33,834 bases of DNA from an uncultured bacterium (GTDB lineage Bacteria; Armatimonadota; HRBIN16): contig CAZHSN010000009.1 of the NCBI GenBank assembly GCA_964535125.1, positions 1 to 33,834 of the forward strand. The letters are read 5' to 3'. The position numbers were made by a program, and so were the translations under genes. This document shows positions 23,306 to 33,012 of this stretch, in pieces. A model generated the notes under the pieces. It saw nothing but the letters and a program-made list of their open reading frames with translations, did not search any database and had not been told where the DNA came from. Position 1 is the first letter of the stretch. Each line of letters begins with the position of its first letter.

Positions 23306-26300
23306 CTACTGCAGCCGGAAGGAACGTATCTGGTACGGTGTCACCCGCAAACGGAGCGTGGAGTCGGTGATCGACATCGCATCCCCGTCCTCTTCCACAT
23401 GGTTGCACACGTGAACCGACTGCACCGCAGCAGGCAGGGCTATCAGGCACTCTCCCCGACTGCCGTACGGTTCATACACCCGTAGGATCCATCCGCGTCC
23501 GTCCTGCGCAGGCTTCAACGTATCCAGGATGATCGGACCCTCGAGACCCACGAAGCGGCAGGCAGCATTCAAGGTGTCCGGCACAGATGCTGGGAAGGCT
23601 TCCAACGGTGTATTGAATGACCAGCCTTGAAGTGCGGTTTTCGCGTCGCCGCAGCTTCCCGTGTGAGGATAGAGCGCATACCGGAACCGGTGAACTCCCC
23701 GGTCAGCCTCAGGATCGGGGCTGATCGTGCTGCGCAGCAGCGTGATACGTACCTGGCTGTCGCGCACATCGAAGCCATACCGGCTGTCATTCAACAGGCT
23801 AACCCCGTACCCTGTTTCAGACAGGTCGACCCACCGATGCCCGGCGACTTCATACTTCTGCTGCTCCCATGATGTGTTTCGGTGCGTGGCGCGCTCATAG
23901 GCGCCGAACTGCACTTCAAAAGTAGCCTGTTTGGCCCGCAGCGCCAGCGGGAATGCAGCCTTCAGCACCGTCTGCCGCTCCTGCCAGTCCACCCAAGTGT
24001 CGAAGTCGATGCGGTCCATTCCGGCATACAGGTAGATGTGTTGCACGAGCATTGACTGGCGCCGTGTGCGCGTGACCCGCAGTCCGGCGCGCACAGGCCC
24101 CTGCTCAACGACCTCAACCCTTGTTGGGGAATCGAAGGGATATCTCCGAAGATCGATTGACTCGTGGATGTTCCAGGCGTCTTCGTGTTCCGGGCCATCC
24201 TGCAGCAGCTGCAGGTCGTTCAATATCGCTCCCGGCGCGACGAGTTCACGACCGTCGTGTTTGTCATACAGGCTGCTGATGCCGCCTTCGTCGGTCACCA
24301 GGATGCGGAATCGATCGTTCTCCAGCCGGTGCGGCTCGGCGATCAGATGCTCTGGTGTCTCCGATCGGAGCCCTGCGGGGCGCAGGAAACTGATTCCCAT
24401 CGCCTGTGCGGTGCATTGTACCAGTCCGATAGCGCCACCTTGTCCATCGTCGATCCGCTGCACCGGATGTAACAGACCGTCGGCATCGACCAGCGCCTTG
24501 GGGATCTCCGTATCGGTTGGGCGGAGCACGGCTACATCGTTTCTTGACCAGGACAGCGGATTGGTGACCGCGTATCCGCTCGCGTTGCCGGGACAGACGG
24601 AACCGATGGTGTGCCGGGCGATGCCGACCGCTTCGGTCAAGCGCCGCTCCAGCGCCTGAAGCACCGGTATCGCCTCTGTATACACCATCTGGATGCTGCT
24701 GCCGGGAAGGATGTCATGGAACTGGTAAAGCAGCAGCGTGGTCCAGCACTCGCGCAAAGAGTCCGCCGTCCACTGGGCTGGCAGCTGCCGCATCTGCAGC
24801 AGAGATGTCCATATCTCCAATTCCCGAAGCAGCAGTTCACATCGGCGGTTGAGACGCTTCATCTCCGAGTGTGTGGTGTAGGTGCCGCGGTGTGTCTCCA
24901 CGTACAACTCGCCATCCCATACAGGCAGGCGGTCCCAAGCCTGTTGTGCGGCGTCGAAAAAATCCTCCGCAGTACCGATGCGAACGGCTGGTAGACCGGG
25001 GTAATGGCCCTGCACACGTCGGTACGTCTCCATATGGTCATACGTTACACCGCCTCCTCCGTCGCCATAACCGAACGGGAAGATGACCTCGGGATGCTCG
25101 GTCTTCTGTGCATACCGTTGCCAGCCCTCTTGCATGTGTTCGGGGCACAGGCTGTTGTTATACGCGCCGCGGTGGTTTACAACATGCGCCAGCACTTCCG
25201 ATCCATCCAGTCCCCGCCATCGGAACAGGTGGTACGGAAACGCGTTCGTTTTCTGCCAATGCAGTTTATATGTGTAAAAGCGCTCAACCCCGCACCCATG
25301 AAGGATCTCCGGAAGCGAGGCCGGATAGCCGAACACATCGGGCAGCCAGCAGATGCGCGGACGCGTGCCGAACTCCTGCAGGAAGAACTCAATGCCATAC
25401 AGCATTTGGCGGATGAGTGACTCGCCGCTGGTGACGTTGCAGTCTGCCTCTACCCACATGGCTCCCGCGGTCTCCCAGCGGCCTTCGGCGACCCAGTGCC
25501 TGATCTGCTCATACAGCGCGGGATAATGCGCCTTCGTGTACGCATACAGCTGAGGTTGACTGCAGGTGAAATGGAATTCGGGGTAACGTTCCATCAGCCG
25601 GCACGCGGTGGCAAATGTCCGGCCGCACTTGCGTATGGTTTCACGCAACGGCCACAGCCAGGCGGTATCAATGTGGGTGTGGCCCACAGCGTACAGTGCC
25701 CCCGACTCAGGATCGGGCTGTATGGCCGATAGTGCCTGACGAAATATGTGCAACGCCTGTACCGACTCCGCGATGAGTTCATCAGACGGCGCTTCCAGAT
25801 CCACCGCAACCAGCGCGCGCTCCAACGCGGCGTGCAGCAGTTGGCGTCGACGTTCATCCTGCGCCACCAGCGACGCTTCCCATGCGGTGCGGATGTCGTA
25901 GTACAACGCCTCGATCTCCGGTGAGACCACCACCAGATCTATACCTGATAACTGGCTGAATACCCCGGTATTGCTGCTGCGTCGAAACGAGGACGGACTC
26001 GCCATGAACTCCAGTTCAAGCAGATGCGCGCCTGTCAGCGGGAATGGAGTGCGCAGATGGTTGTTGTCGATGCCGCAGTAAGGAACCCCATCGACGGACA
26101 ATAGACCTTCCATATCCGTGAATGCGGTCTGAAGCCATACGTGTGCGTTTGGTAACGACGGCGGCACATCGATGGTCGTGCGCAGAAACACCGTCAAACC
26201 TGCCGGTACCTGTACAGGTAATGAAGACTCACGCCAATCGGTCAGTTCGGCATACGTTGCATCCGATGTATGCAGACCTGTCCGTACCATCCAGCCCGTA

Positions 26301-26371
26301 ACGGGTGTTAGGGCCGTAACCGCCCGTTGCTGCAGTAATGCCAGTCTTCGTGTGACTACGCGTCGATCCAT
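23306..26371 (-). CDS. GH38 alpha-mannosidase (MngB/Ams1-like), cytoplasmic.
   Basis: GHTHIDTAWLWPLRETIRKCGRTFATACRLMERYPEFHF...WLPDVFGY...QFHDILPGSSI are canonical GH38 N-terminal catalytic-domain blocks. Length (~1020 aa) is typical. SD GGGAGG lies before the ATG. Confidence 0.9.
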   Translation of the reverse strand: MDRRVVTRRLALLQQRAVTALTPVTGWMVRTGLHTSDATYAELTDWRESSLPVQVPAGLTVFLRTTIDVPPSLPNAHVWLQTAFTDMEGLLSVDGVPYCGIDNNHLRTPFPLTGAHLLELEFMASPSSFRRSSNTGVFSQLSGIDLVVVSPEIEALYYDIRTAWEASLVAQDERRRQLLHAALERALVAVDLEAPSDELIAESVQALHIFRQALSAIQPDPESGALYAVGHTHIDTAWLWPLRETIRKCGRTFATACRLMERYPEFHFTCSQPQLYAYTKAHYPALYEQIRHWVAEGRWETAGAMWVEADCNVTSGESLIRQMLYGIEFFLQEFGTRPRICWLPDVFGYPASLPEILHGCGVERFYTYKLHWQKTNAFPYHLFRWRGLDGSEVLAHVVNHRGAYNNSLCPEHMQEGWQRYAQKTEHPEVIFPFGYGDGGGGVTYDHMETYRRVQGHYPGLPAVRIGTAEDFFDAAQQAWDRLPVWDGELYVETHRGTYTTHSEMKRLNRRCELLLRELEIWTSLLQMRQLPAQWTADSLRECWTTLLLYQFHDILPGSSIQMVYTEAIPVLQALERRLTEAVGIARHTIGSVCPGNASGYAVTNPLSWSRNDVAVLRPTDTEIPKALVDADGLLHPVQRIDDGQGGAIGLVQCTAQAMGISFLRPAGLRSETPEHLIAEPHRLENDRFRILVTDEGGISSLYDKHDGRELVAPGAILNDLQLLQDGPEHEDAWNIHESIDLRRYPFDSPTRVEVVEQGPVRAGLRVTRTRRQSMLVQHIYLYAGMDRIDFDTWVDWQERQTVLKAAFPLALRAKQATFEVQFGAYERATHRNTSWEQQKYEVAGHRWVDLSETGYGVSLLNDSRYGFDVRDSQVRITLLRSTISPDPEADRGVHRFRYALYPHTGSCGDAKTALQGWSFNTPLEAFPASVPDTLNAACRFVGLEGPIILDTLKPAQDGRGWILRVYEPYGSRGECLIALPAAVQSVHVCNHVEEDGDAMSITDSTLRLRVTPYQIRSFRLQ

Positions 26372-26455
26372 TGCCATCCTCCCGAACCACAGACCGTTCC
26401 CCTGTGTGATCAGGGGACTATTCGGTGAATGGCAAGCCGGCTCCTGCTGAGCGGC

Positions 26456-27175
26456 CTATGGCGTCGGGGCTGACGCCGCAGTTTCGCGCATCAGAGTGGC
26501 GAGGACATCATAGAGATCGGAACAGACATATCGTGCACGCGGGTCCTGAGCCCGCACCAGAATGGCCGGGATCCCCTGTTCTTCCGGCCCGGCCACATCG
26601 GCTTCGTAGTTGTCCCCAACCATCCAGACGCGCTCAGCGTCCCGGTACCGATCAAGCACCATGCGATACGCCTGTGGATGCGGCTTCTCATATCCGGTGT
26701 CGGCTGAGTTGAACACCGAATCGACATAGTCCAGAAGCCCTAACCGCCCGATGATCTCAGTGAGTTCCGGTACATGGTTGCTCAGTATGGTGTGGGTCCA
26801 TCCTCCCAGCCGCAGTTGGTGCAGCACCGCAAACGCGTCTGGATATACGCGCCACATCGCCGCGTCGGTATACACCTCCCGAAAGGCGGTCACTACAGCC
26901 GGCGTCAACTCCGGCTGTACGCCAGCAATGTCACAGCACTGTATCAAGGACGGCCTGATGGCGTCCCACCAGTCATCCGCCTGTCTGAGATGGGGATGCG
27001 GGATATGAGGGGTATGCCATGGAAACCCCTGCTGCAGTATCGGTCGGATCTCTTCCACAGTAATGGAGGTATCAGGCGCCGCCTGCCGGATCGTCTCCAG
27101 CAGCGGGGCAGACCACTTACCGCCCTCCCGATAGGCCAGTGTGCAATCGAGATCCCAGATAATCAGCTTCATCAA
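26456..27175 (-). CDS. HAD-superfamily hydrolase (subfamily IA-like phosphatase).
   Basis: Motif I IIWDLDCTL (DxDxT). Motif IV-like WMVGDNYEADVAG (Dx3-4D). 239 aa. Start/stop overlaps the upstream GNAT gene. Confidence 0.8.
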   Translation of the reverse strand: MMKLIIWDLDCTLAYREGGKWSAPLLETIRQAAPDTSITVEEIRPILQQGFPWHTPHIPHPHLRQADDWWDAIRPSLIQCCDIAGVQPELTPAVVTAFREVYTDAAMWRVYPDAFAVLHQLRLGGWTHTILSNHVPELTEIIGRLGLLDYVDSVFNSADTGYEKPHPQAYRMVLDRYRDAERVWMVGDNYEADVAGPEEQGIPAILVRAQDPRARYVCSDLYDVLATLMRETAASAPTP

Positions 27176-27651
27176 CCAGACGCCTCCGCATCAGGGTCAG
27201 TGGGTATTCGCCGGTAAGAGATGCCGTGGCGGGCATATCCGTGCGTCTCATAGAAACGATGCGCGTCAAGCCGATGATCAGCCGACGACAGAGCGAGCTT
27301 GTAGCAGCCACGTGATGCGGCGATCCGTTCGGCGTCACGCAGCAGGATCGCTCCGATTCCTTCGCGCCTGCACGCGTGATCAACAACGATGTTTTCCAAA
27401 ATCCCTCCAGGCCGGCCGTTACGCGTCAAGTTCGGCAATATATACAACGTTAGTGTGCCGACAACTTGCCCGTGCCGGCTGGCGACACGAACGCGGGCGC
27501 AAGAGGACTCCTGCAATGCGTGCAGCGCTGCGGCGAGTTCATCCACCGACGTGGTGTCGTCCGGATGCAACTGACGGTACAACCGGCGCAGAGCATTCAG
27601 ATCCGTGGCGACGGCGTCCCGAACGATGATATCGGTAGTTATCTCAGGCAT
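27172..27651 (-). CDS. GNAT family N-acetyltransferase.
   Basis: 159 aa. Acetyl-CoA-binding block ACRREGIGAILL (R/Q-x-x-G-x-G/A) and C-terminal ...YKLALSSADHRLDAHRFYETHGY. Confidence 0.8.
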   Translation of the reverse strand: MPEITTDIIVRDAVATDLNALRRLYRQLHPDDTTSVDELAAALHALQESSCARVRVASRHGQVVGTLTLYILPNLTRNGRPGGILENIVVDHACRREGIGAILLRDAERIAASRGCYKLALSSADHRLDAHRFYETHGYARHGISYRRIPTDPDAEASG

Positions 27652-27723
27652 AGTGTATCAATCCGGTTGGCCAGGCCCGGTCCGTATCCGAGCGGATGGG
27701 TACAGGCCGATGGCTGCTGATTC

Positions 27724-28167
27724 TCACGCGGGCGGCAGTTCCGAGGTACAGTGACCGCACTTCACCGCCTTCAGCGGAACCGCTGATAGGCAAAACGGAC
27801 AGTCACGCGTGGTGGCCTCGGCCGGCGCGGGTTGTTCTTGACGTTTGAGCCGGTTGATCTGCTTCACCAGGATGAACACGGCCAGTGTCACCAGCAGAAA
27901 GTCTATCACGGTGTTGATGAATAGGCCGTAGTTGATCGTTGGCGCTCCGGCGGCCTTCGCCGCCTGCAGGCTGGAGTACGCTTCACCGTTCAAGCTGATA
28001 AACAGGTTGCCGAAGTCCAGACGCCCCATCAGTAATCCCAATGGCGGCGTCAACACATCGCTGACGAACGAACTGACGATCTTGCCGAACGCGCCCCCGA
28101 TGATGATGCCGATGGCCAGATCCAGTACGTTACCGCGCATGGCGAACTCACGGAACTCTTTTAACAT
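27724..28167 (-). CDS. mscL: Large-conductance mechanosensitive channel MscL with a C-terminal C4 zinc-ribbon-like tail.
   Basis: [44 protein letters not shown] is the near-invariant MscL N-terminus and TM1. Start placed at the ATG at 28167 after GGGGAGG. The tail [23 protein letters not shown] has a C-x2-C...C-x2-C arrangement. Confidence 0.85.
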   Translation of the reverse strand: MLKEFREFAMRGNVLDLAIGIIIGGAFGKIVSSFVSDVLTPPLGLLMGRLDFGNLFISLNGEAYSSLQAAKAAGAPTINYGLFINTVIDFLLVTLAVFILVKQINRLKRQEQPAPAEATTRDCPFCLSAVPLKAVKCGHCTSELPPA

Positions 28168-28282
28168 GGAATCCTCCCCTGCCTCAGACGGCAACGCGTA
28201 GTATGGTTATACATTACCTGAGTCTGACCTGTCCGATTGTGTACACTACTTATGAGTTTCATTCTACGCCGCGAGGTTGCCA

Positions 28283-29435
28283 TATGCGCGGGTCCGTGCC
28301 GTTGTTAGGTGGTCTGGCCGTTTTGCTGCTGGCTGGATGTTCCAAACCACCGGACGCCATCAATATTGGTGTCAACACCGAACTGACGGGAAGTATTCCC
28401 ATTGTCGGGCAGTCATGCCGGAACGCTGCCGAAATGGCCGTTGATGAAATCAATGCGTCCGGTGGCGTCACCGTTGACGGTCGGAAACTCCCGATTCGGA
28501 TCACGGTCGCCGATAATGAAGATAAGGCAGAAGCCGCCGCCGCTGTCGCACAGAAGTTCATCAGCGAGAACATGCTGGCGATGATCGGTCCGAATGCCAG
28601 CCGCAACGCCATCCCGGCTGCCGAAGTGTCCGAAGCGGGCAGGTTGCCGATGATCAGCCCCTGGTCGACAAACGCCAGGCTGACGATCGATTCGCGCTCC
28701 GGTAAGCCTAAACGGTTTGTCTTCCGCACGGCGTTTATCGATGACTTTCAGGGAGTGGTTGCCGCACGCTTCGCCCGGGAGCGCCTGAAGACAGCCAAGC
28801 CGGCCGTGTTGTATGATGTCGCGTCTGAGGCCAATAAGGGCATTGCCGAGGTGTACCGCGACGCCATGACGAAAGCCGGAGTGGCGCCTATCGCGTTCGA
28901 GTCCTATACAACGGGTGATAAAGACTTCTCGGCACAGTTGACCCGGATTATCCATGCCGGCGCAGACTCGCTGTACTTGCCGAACTACTACAGTGAAGCG
29001 CCTATGCAGATGAAACAGGCACGGAAACTGGGCTTTAAGGGCGTGTTCTTCGGCAACGATGCGTGGGGCAACATCGAACTGGTGAAGCTGGCCGGCCCGG
29101 CGTGCGAAGGGGCGTTCTTCTTCTCACATTACGCTCCCGATATCGCTACGCCGCGAGCGCGCACGTTCATAGAGGCGTACAAGCGGCGGTACAAACAGGA
29201 GCCTGACGATGTGGCGGCGCTTACCTACGATTCGTTCGGCTTGCTCTGCGAGGCGATCACCAAGGCCGGCGCGCTGGACCGTGCGAAGCTGCGCGATGCG
29301 CTCGCCTCGATAGAACACTATGAGGGCGTTACCGGTGAGATGCAGTTCAAAGGGACAGGAGACCCTGTAAAAAGTGCGGTGGTGATCCAGATCCGCGGCG
29401 GGCGGTTTGTTTACCACGCAGCCGCCAAACCATGA
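28283..29435 (+). CDS. livJ: Branched-chain amino-acid ABC transporter substrate-binding lipoprotein (LivJ/LivK-like, type I periplasmic binding fold).
   Basis: Lipoprotein signal MRGSVPLLGGLAVLLLAGCS. INIGVNTELTGSIPIVGQSCRNAAEMAVDEINASGG is the Leu/Ile/Val-binding family N-terminal block. It heads the livHMGF operon. Start re-placed to the ATG at 28283, with GAGG upstream. Confidence 0.85.
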
Positions 29436-29493
29436 CGGACCGTTTGACCAGGCCTGTATGGTTCTATGATCGGGACGGCTCGCCTGGAGCCGA

Positions 29494-30414
29494 ATGATAT
29501 CCATGGATTTCTACCTGCAACAGATGCTCAATGCCCTGCAAGTAGGCAGCGTGTATGCGCTCATCGCATTGGGCTACACCATGGTGTATGGTGTGTTGTC
29601 CATGATCAACTTTGCCCACGGCGATATATTCATGATCGGTTCCTATATCGCCTTCTTCAGCGCGACATGGCTCATTGGTCGCGACTACTCCGCGCCCGGA
29701 GTGGTATTGTTCATCGCGGCCACCCTCCTGGCGATGCTTGGCGCAGCGCTGCTTGCGGTACTCATCGAGCGGATCGCCTATCGACCGTTGCGGAAAGCGC
29801 CGCGCATATCCATGGTGATCACGGCGCTTGGCGTGGGATTAATGCTTGAGAACGTCAGTGTCGCCGTACCGTGGATCGGACCTCAAGCACGTTCGTTGCC
29901 GTCGCTGCTGCCCACGAGCACCTTTCGCCTGTCGGGGGTGTCGGTATCGGCATTACCCGTGATCATCTTCGGCGTCTCCATGGTAACGATGCTGCTGCTG
30001 GATACCCTGGTGCAACGGACACGCACCGGCATCGCGATGCGCGCGGTATCGTGGGACTGTGACACCGCACGTCTGATGGGGGTGCCGGTGGACCGCATCA
30101 TATCGCTGACGTTCGCTATCGGTGCAGCGACGGCTGCGGTCGGAGGCGCTCTGTACGGCACCGCGTACACCATCGATCCATACATCGGAATACGGGTCGG
30201 TTGGTGGGCCTTCATCGCCGCGGTAGTTGGCGGGATCGGCAATATGCGTGGCGCGGTACTGGGGGGGTATGTACTCGGTTTTGTGGAGATATTTACTCCC
30301 CTGGTGCTTCCTGCCTCCACATACCGCGACTTGGTCGCCTTCTCGCTGCTGCTGGTGCTGCTGGTGTTTCGTCCCGCCGGGCTGCTGGGGCGTGCCGTGA
30401 ACCAGAAGGTCTGA
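29494..30414 (+). CDS. livH: Branched-chain amino-acid ABC transporter permease LivH.
   Basis: MDFYLQQMLNALQVGSVYALIALGYTMVYGVLSMINFAHGD is the classic LivH N-terminus. 306 aa with about 8 TM. Confidence 0.9.
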   Translation: MISMDFYLQQMLNALQVGSVYALIALGYTMVYGVLSMINFAHGDIFMIGSYIAFFSATWLIGRDYSAPGVVLFIAATLLAMLGAALLAVLIERIAYRPLRKAPRISMVITALGVGLMLENVSVAVPWIGPQARSLPSLLPTSTFRLSGVSVSALPVIIFGVSMVTMLLLDTLVQRTRTGIAMRAVSWDCDTARLMGVPVDRIISLTFAIGAATAAVGGALYGTAYTIDPYIGIRVGWWAFIAAVVGGIGNMRGAVLGGYVLGFVEIFTPLVLPASTYRDLVAFSLLLVLLVFRPAGLLGRAVNQKV

Positions 30415-30418
30415 CACG

Positions 30419-31432
30419 ATGCGGCGATTTCGACGCGTGTTGCGATCCCGCTGGACAGTGCCGGCAATGCTGCTGTTGGCGATCCCGCTGACGTATGCCT
30501 TACCTGCCTACGGCCTGATCAACTCCTATGCCGAACTGGTGTTGAAGTACATTGGCATCAACATCATTCTGGCGGTCAGCTTGAACATAGTGAACGGCTA
30601 TATGGGTGAGTTCTCGGTGGGTCACGCGGGATTCATGGCCATCGGCGCATATGCGGCGTCTATCTGCACGGTGGCTTGGTTCCCCAGAGAGTTGGGCCCC
30701 TGGTTGTTCCCTGTGGCGCTGCTGATGGGTGGGGCTGCAGCGGGCGTGGCTGGGTTGCTGCTTGCCATTCCATCCTTCAAGACCCGCGGCGACTATCTGG
30801 CGATTGTGACGCTGGCGTTTAACATGATCGTCAAGAGCCTGTTGGAAAACGCGGAGCCGTTGGGTGGTCCGCGCGGGTACATGGGAATGGATCCGCTCGC
30901 CTCGCTGACATGGGTCTATGTCTGCGTGCTGCTCGTGTTATACACTGCGCGCAACTTCATCCACTCACGCATGGGGCGCGGTGTGGTTGCCGTCCGTGAG
31001 GACGAAACCGCCGCCGCGCTGTGCGGGGTCAACACCCGTCAGGTCAAAGTCTGGGCGTTCGTGGTGTCTGCCTGCCTTGCAGGGATCGCGGGCGGTCTGT
31101 TCGCGCACGTCCTGCAGTTCATCAATCCCCGTTCGTTTACCATACTGAAGTCAACCGATATGCTGGTGATGGTCTATCTGGGGGGCGTGGGCAGTCTGAG
31201 CGGCTCGGTAGTCGGCGCGATGCTGTACACCCTGCTGCTGGAAGGCTTGCGTCCCCTGCTGGAACTGTTGCACATCGCGGCAGAGTGGCGACTGGTGTTC
31301 GCACCCCTGTGTCTGGTGCTGCTGATGATTTTCCGTCCCTACGGCATCATGGGTCTGAGGGAGTTTCGGTTCCTGCGGCCGCGCAGACGGCGGACGGTCG
31401 CGGCGCAATCCGAGGCAGAGAGTCATTCATGA
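30419..31432 (+). CDS. livM: Branched-chain amino-acid ABC transporter permease LivM.
   Basis: LVLKYIGINIILAVSLNIVNGYMGEFSVGHAGFMAIGAYA is the LivM signature. 337 aa. ATGA overlap with livG. Confidence 0.9.
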   Translation: MRRFRRVLRSRWTVPAMLLLAIPLTYALPAYGLINSYAELVLKYIGINIILAVSLNIVNGYMGEFSVGHAGFMAIGAYAASICTVAWFPRELGPWLFPVALLMGGAAAGVAGLLLAIPSFKTRGDYLAIVTLAFNMIVKSLLENAEPLGGPRGYMGMDPLASLTWVYVCVLLVLYTARNFIHSRMGRGVVAVREDETAAALCGVNTRQVKVWAFVVSACLAGIAGGLFAHVLQFINPRSFTILKSTDMLVMVYLGGVGSLSGSVVGAMLYTLLLEGLRPLLELLHIAAEWRLVFAPLCLVLLMIFRPYGIMGLREFRFLRPRRRRTVAAQSEAESHS

Positions 31433-32220
31433 GCCTGCTCTCCATCAGGAATACCACCCATGTGTTTGAGGGGTTGCGCGCGTTGAATGACATCAACCTG
31501 GAAGTTGATGCCGGCGAGTTGACAGCGATCATCGGCCCAAACGGCGCGGGCAAAACCACCCTGTTCAACGTGATAACGGGTCTGTATCGACCCAAACACG
31601 GCGAGATCCGCTTCTGCGACGCCGACATCACCGGTAAGTCCGGTCATGAAATCGTGAAGGCGGGTATTGCGCGCACGTTTCAGAACATTCGCCTGTTCAA
31701 TAACCTGACCGTGCTGGATAATGTGATGACAGCTCAGTTTTTGCAACCCTCGTGCTCATTGGCTGCCAGTCTGTTGCGCCTTCCGGCTCATTACCGCAGC
31801 GAAAGGGAGCAGGTGTGGCACTGCATGCGCCTGTTGGGATTGTTCGGTCTGCAGCATGACGCCGACACGGTGGCCCGCAACCTGCCCTACGGTCACCAAC
31901 GCCGGCTGGAGATCGTCCGTGCGCTGGCGACACGACCCAGACTCCTGTTGCTGGACGAACCAGCGGCAGGCATGAACCCCACAGAGGTGCAGGAACTGCT
32001 TCAACTGATCACGCGACTTCACAGCGAGTTCCGCCTGACCATCCTGCTGATTGAGCATCAGATGCGTGTCGTTATGGGGGCCGCACAGCGTGTGGTGGTG
32101 CTCGATCAGGGAACTGTAATCGCCGATGGCGAGCCCGCGGCGATCCGTCGCGACCCGGTCGTGCTGGACGCGTATCTGGGCCGCGACACTACAACCGAGT
32201 TGACGGCGGACATGACGTGA
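31429..32220 (+). CDS. livG: Branched-chain amino-acid ABC transporter ATP-binding protein LivG.
   Basis: Walker A GPNGAGKTT. ABC signature/Walker B (LLLLDEPAAGMNP), Q-loop and H-loop (IEHQM). Start at the ATG 31429 overlapping the livM stop. The ORF-track N-extension from 31021 is a frame artefact inside livM. Confidence 0.9.
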   Translation: MSLLSIRNTTHVFEGLRALNDINLEVDAGELTAIIGPNGAGKTTLFNVITGLYRPKHGEIRFCDADITGKSGHEIVKAGIARTFQNIRLFNNLTVLDNVMTAQFLQPSCSLAASLLRLPAHYRSEREQVWHCMRLLGLFGLQHDADTVARNLPYGHQRRLEIVRALATRPRLLLLDEPAAGMNPTEVQELLQLITRLHSEFRLTILLIEHQMRVVMGAAQRVVVLDQGTVIADGEPAAIRRDPVVLDAYLGRDTTTELTADMT

Positions 32221-32966
32221 GCCATACACTGCACCACGAAATGGACGGCACAGAGCCTCTGCTCGATATACGGAATCTCACCGTGCGCTACGGGGCAATA
32301 ACTGCCCTGGAGGATGTGTCGCTGACGGTCTATCCGGGGCAGATGGTCAGCCTGATCGGCGCGAACGGTGCGGGCAAGAGCACGCTGCTGCGAACGATTT
32401 CGGGACTGGTGGATGTAGCCTCTGGAACTATCCTGTTCCGACAGGGGGATTTGATCCGCGTTGCACCGCATCAACGAGCCCGGTTGGGGATCGCGCACGT
32501 TCCCGAGGGACGCGGTGTGTTTGCGAACCTGACGGTGGCCGAAAACCTGAAGCTGGCCACGTACGGGCGCAGGCAGGTCGAGGGGTATCGGCAGGACCTT
32601 GATCGGATCTATACCCTATTGCCTAAACTGGCCGAGCGTAGAAGCCAGATGGCTGGGTCGCTCTCTGGAGGCGAGCAGCAGATGCTCGCCGTGGCCCGCG
32701 CGATGCTGATGCGAGGTGACCTGTTGTTGCTGGATGAGCCGTCGATGGGTCTCGCGCCGGTGGTTGCACGGACTATTTTTGAGCTGATCGCTTCGCTGGC
32801 GGCTGAAGGGACAACGATCCTGCTGGTGGAGCAGAACGCCAGAGCCGCCCTCCGGTTGGCTCAACGCGGTTATGTGTTGGAAAACGGACGCATCACGCTG
32901 GCAGGTAACGCGCAGGATCTGTTAAGGGATCCGCAAATAGATGCGGCCTATCTGGGAGCGATGTAG
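32217..32966 (+). CDS. livF: Branched-chain amino-acid ABC transporter ATP-binding protein LivF.
   Basis: Walker A GANGAGKST. Signature LSGGEQQM. Walker B LLLLDEPSMGLAP. GTGA overlap with the livG stop. An alternative ATG lies at 32241. Confidence 0.9.
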   Translation: MSHTLHHEMDGTEPLLDIRNLTVRYGAITALEDVSLTVYPGQMVSLIGANGAGKSTLLRTISGLVDVASGTILFRQGDLIRVAPHQRARLGIAHVPEGRGVFANLTVAENLKLATYGRRQVEGYRQDLDRIYTLLPKLAERRSQMAGSLSGGEQQMLAVARAMLMRGDLLLLDEPSMGLAPVVARTIFELIASLAAEGTTILLVEQNARAALRLAQRGYVLENGRITLAGNAQDLLRDPQIDAAYLGAM

Positions 32967-33012
32967 CGCACAGACGTCTTCACTGGCCGACGCTCAACGT
33001 CCCGGCTGGCCC

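Noticed and set aside
23569-25857. Multiple 60-210-aa ORFs on both strands inside the GH38 gene
   Set aside because: All are nested within or antisense to an unambiguous 1020-aa GH38 alpha-mannosidase, so they are shadow frames.
28413-28955. 180-aa minus-strand ORF antisense to livJ. Likewise 29883-30467 and 29953-30417 antisense to livH.
   Set aside because: They lie opposite unmistakable Liv ABC transporter genes. They have the low-complexity composition of antisense high-GC frames.
31021-31428. N-terminal 136-aa extension of the livG ORF in the six-frame track
   Set aside because: It overlaps livM in another frame and translates to Arg/Gly-rich nonsense. The conserved LivG N-terminus starts at the ATG 31429, with ATGA coupling to livM.
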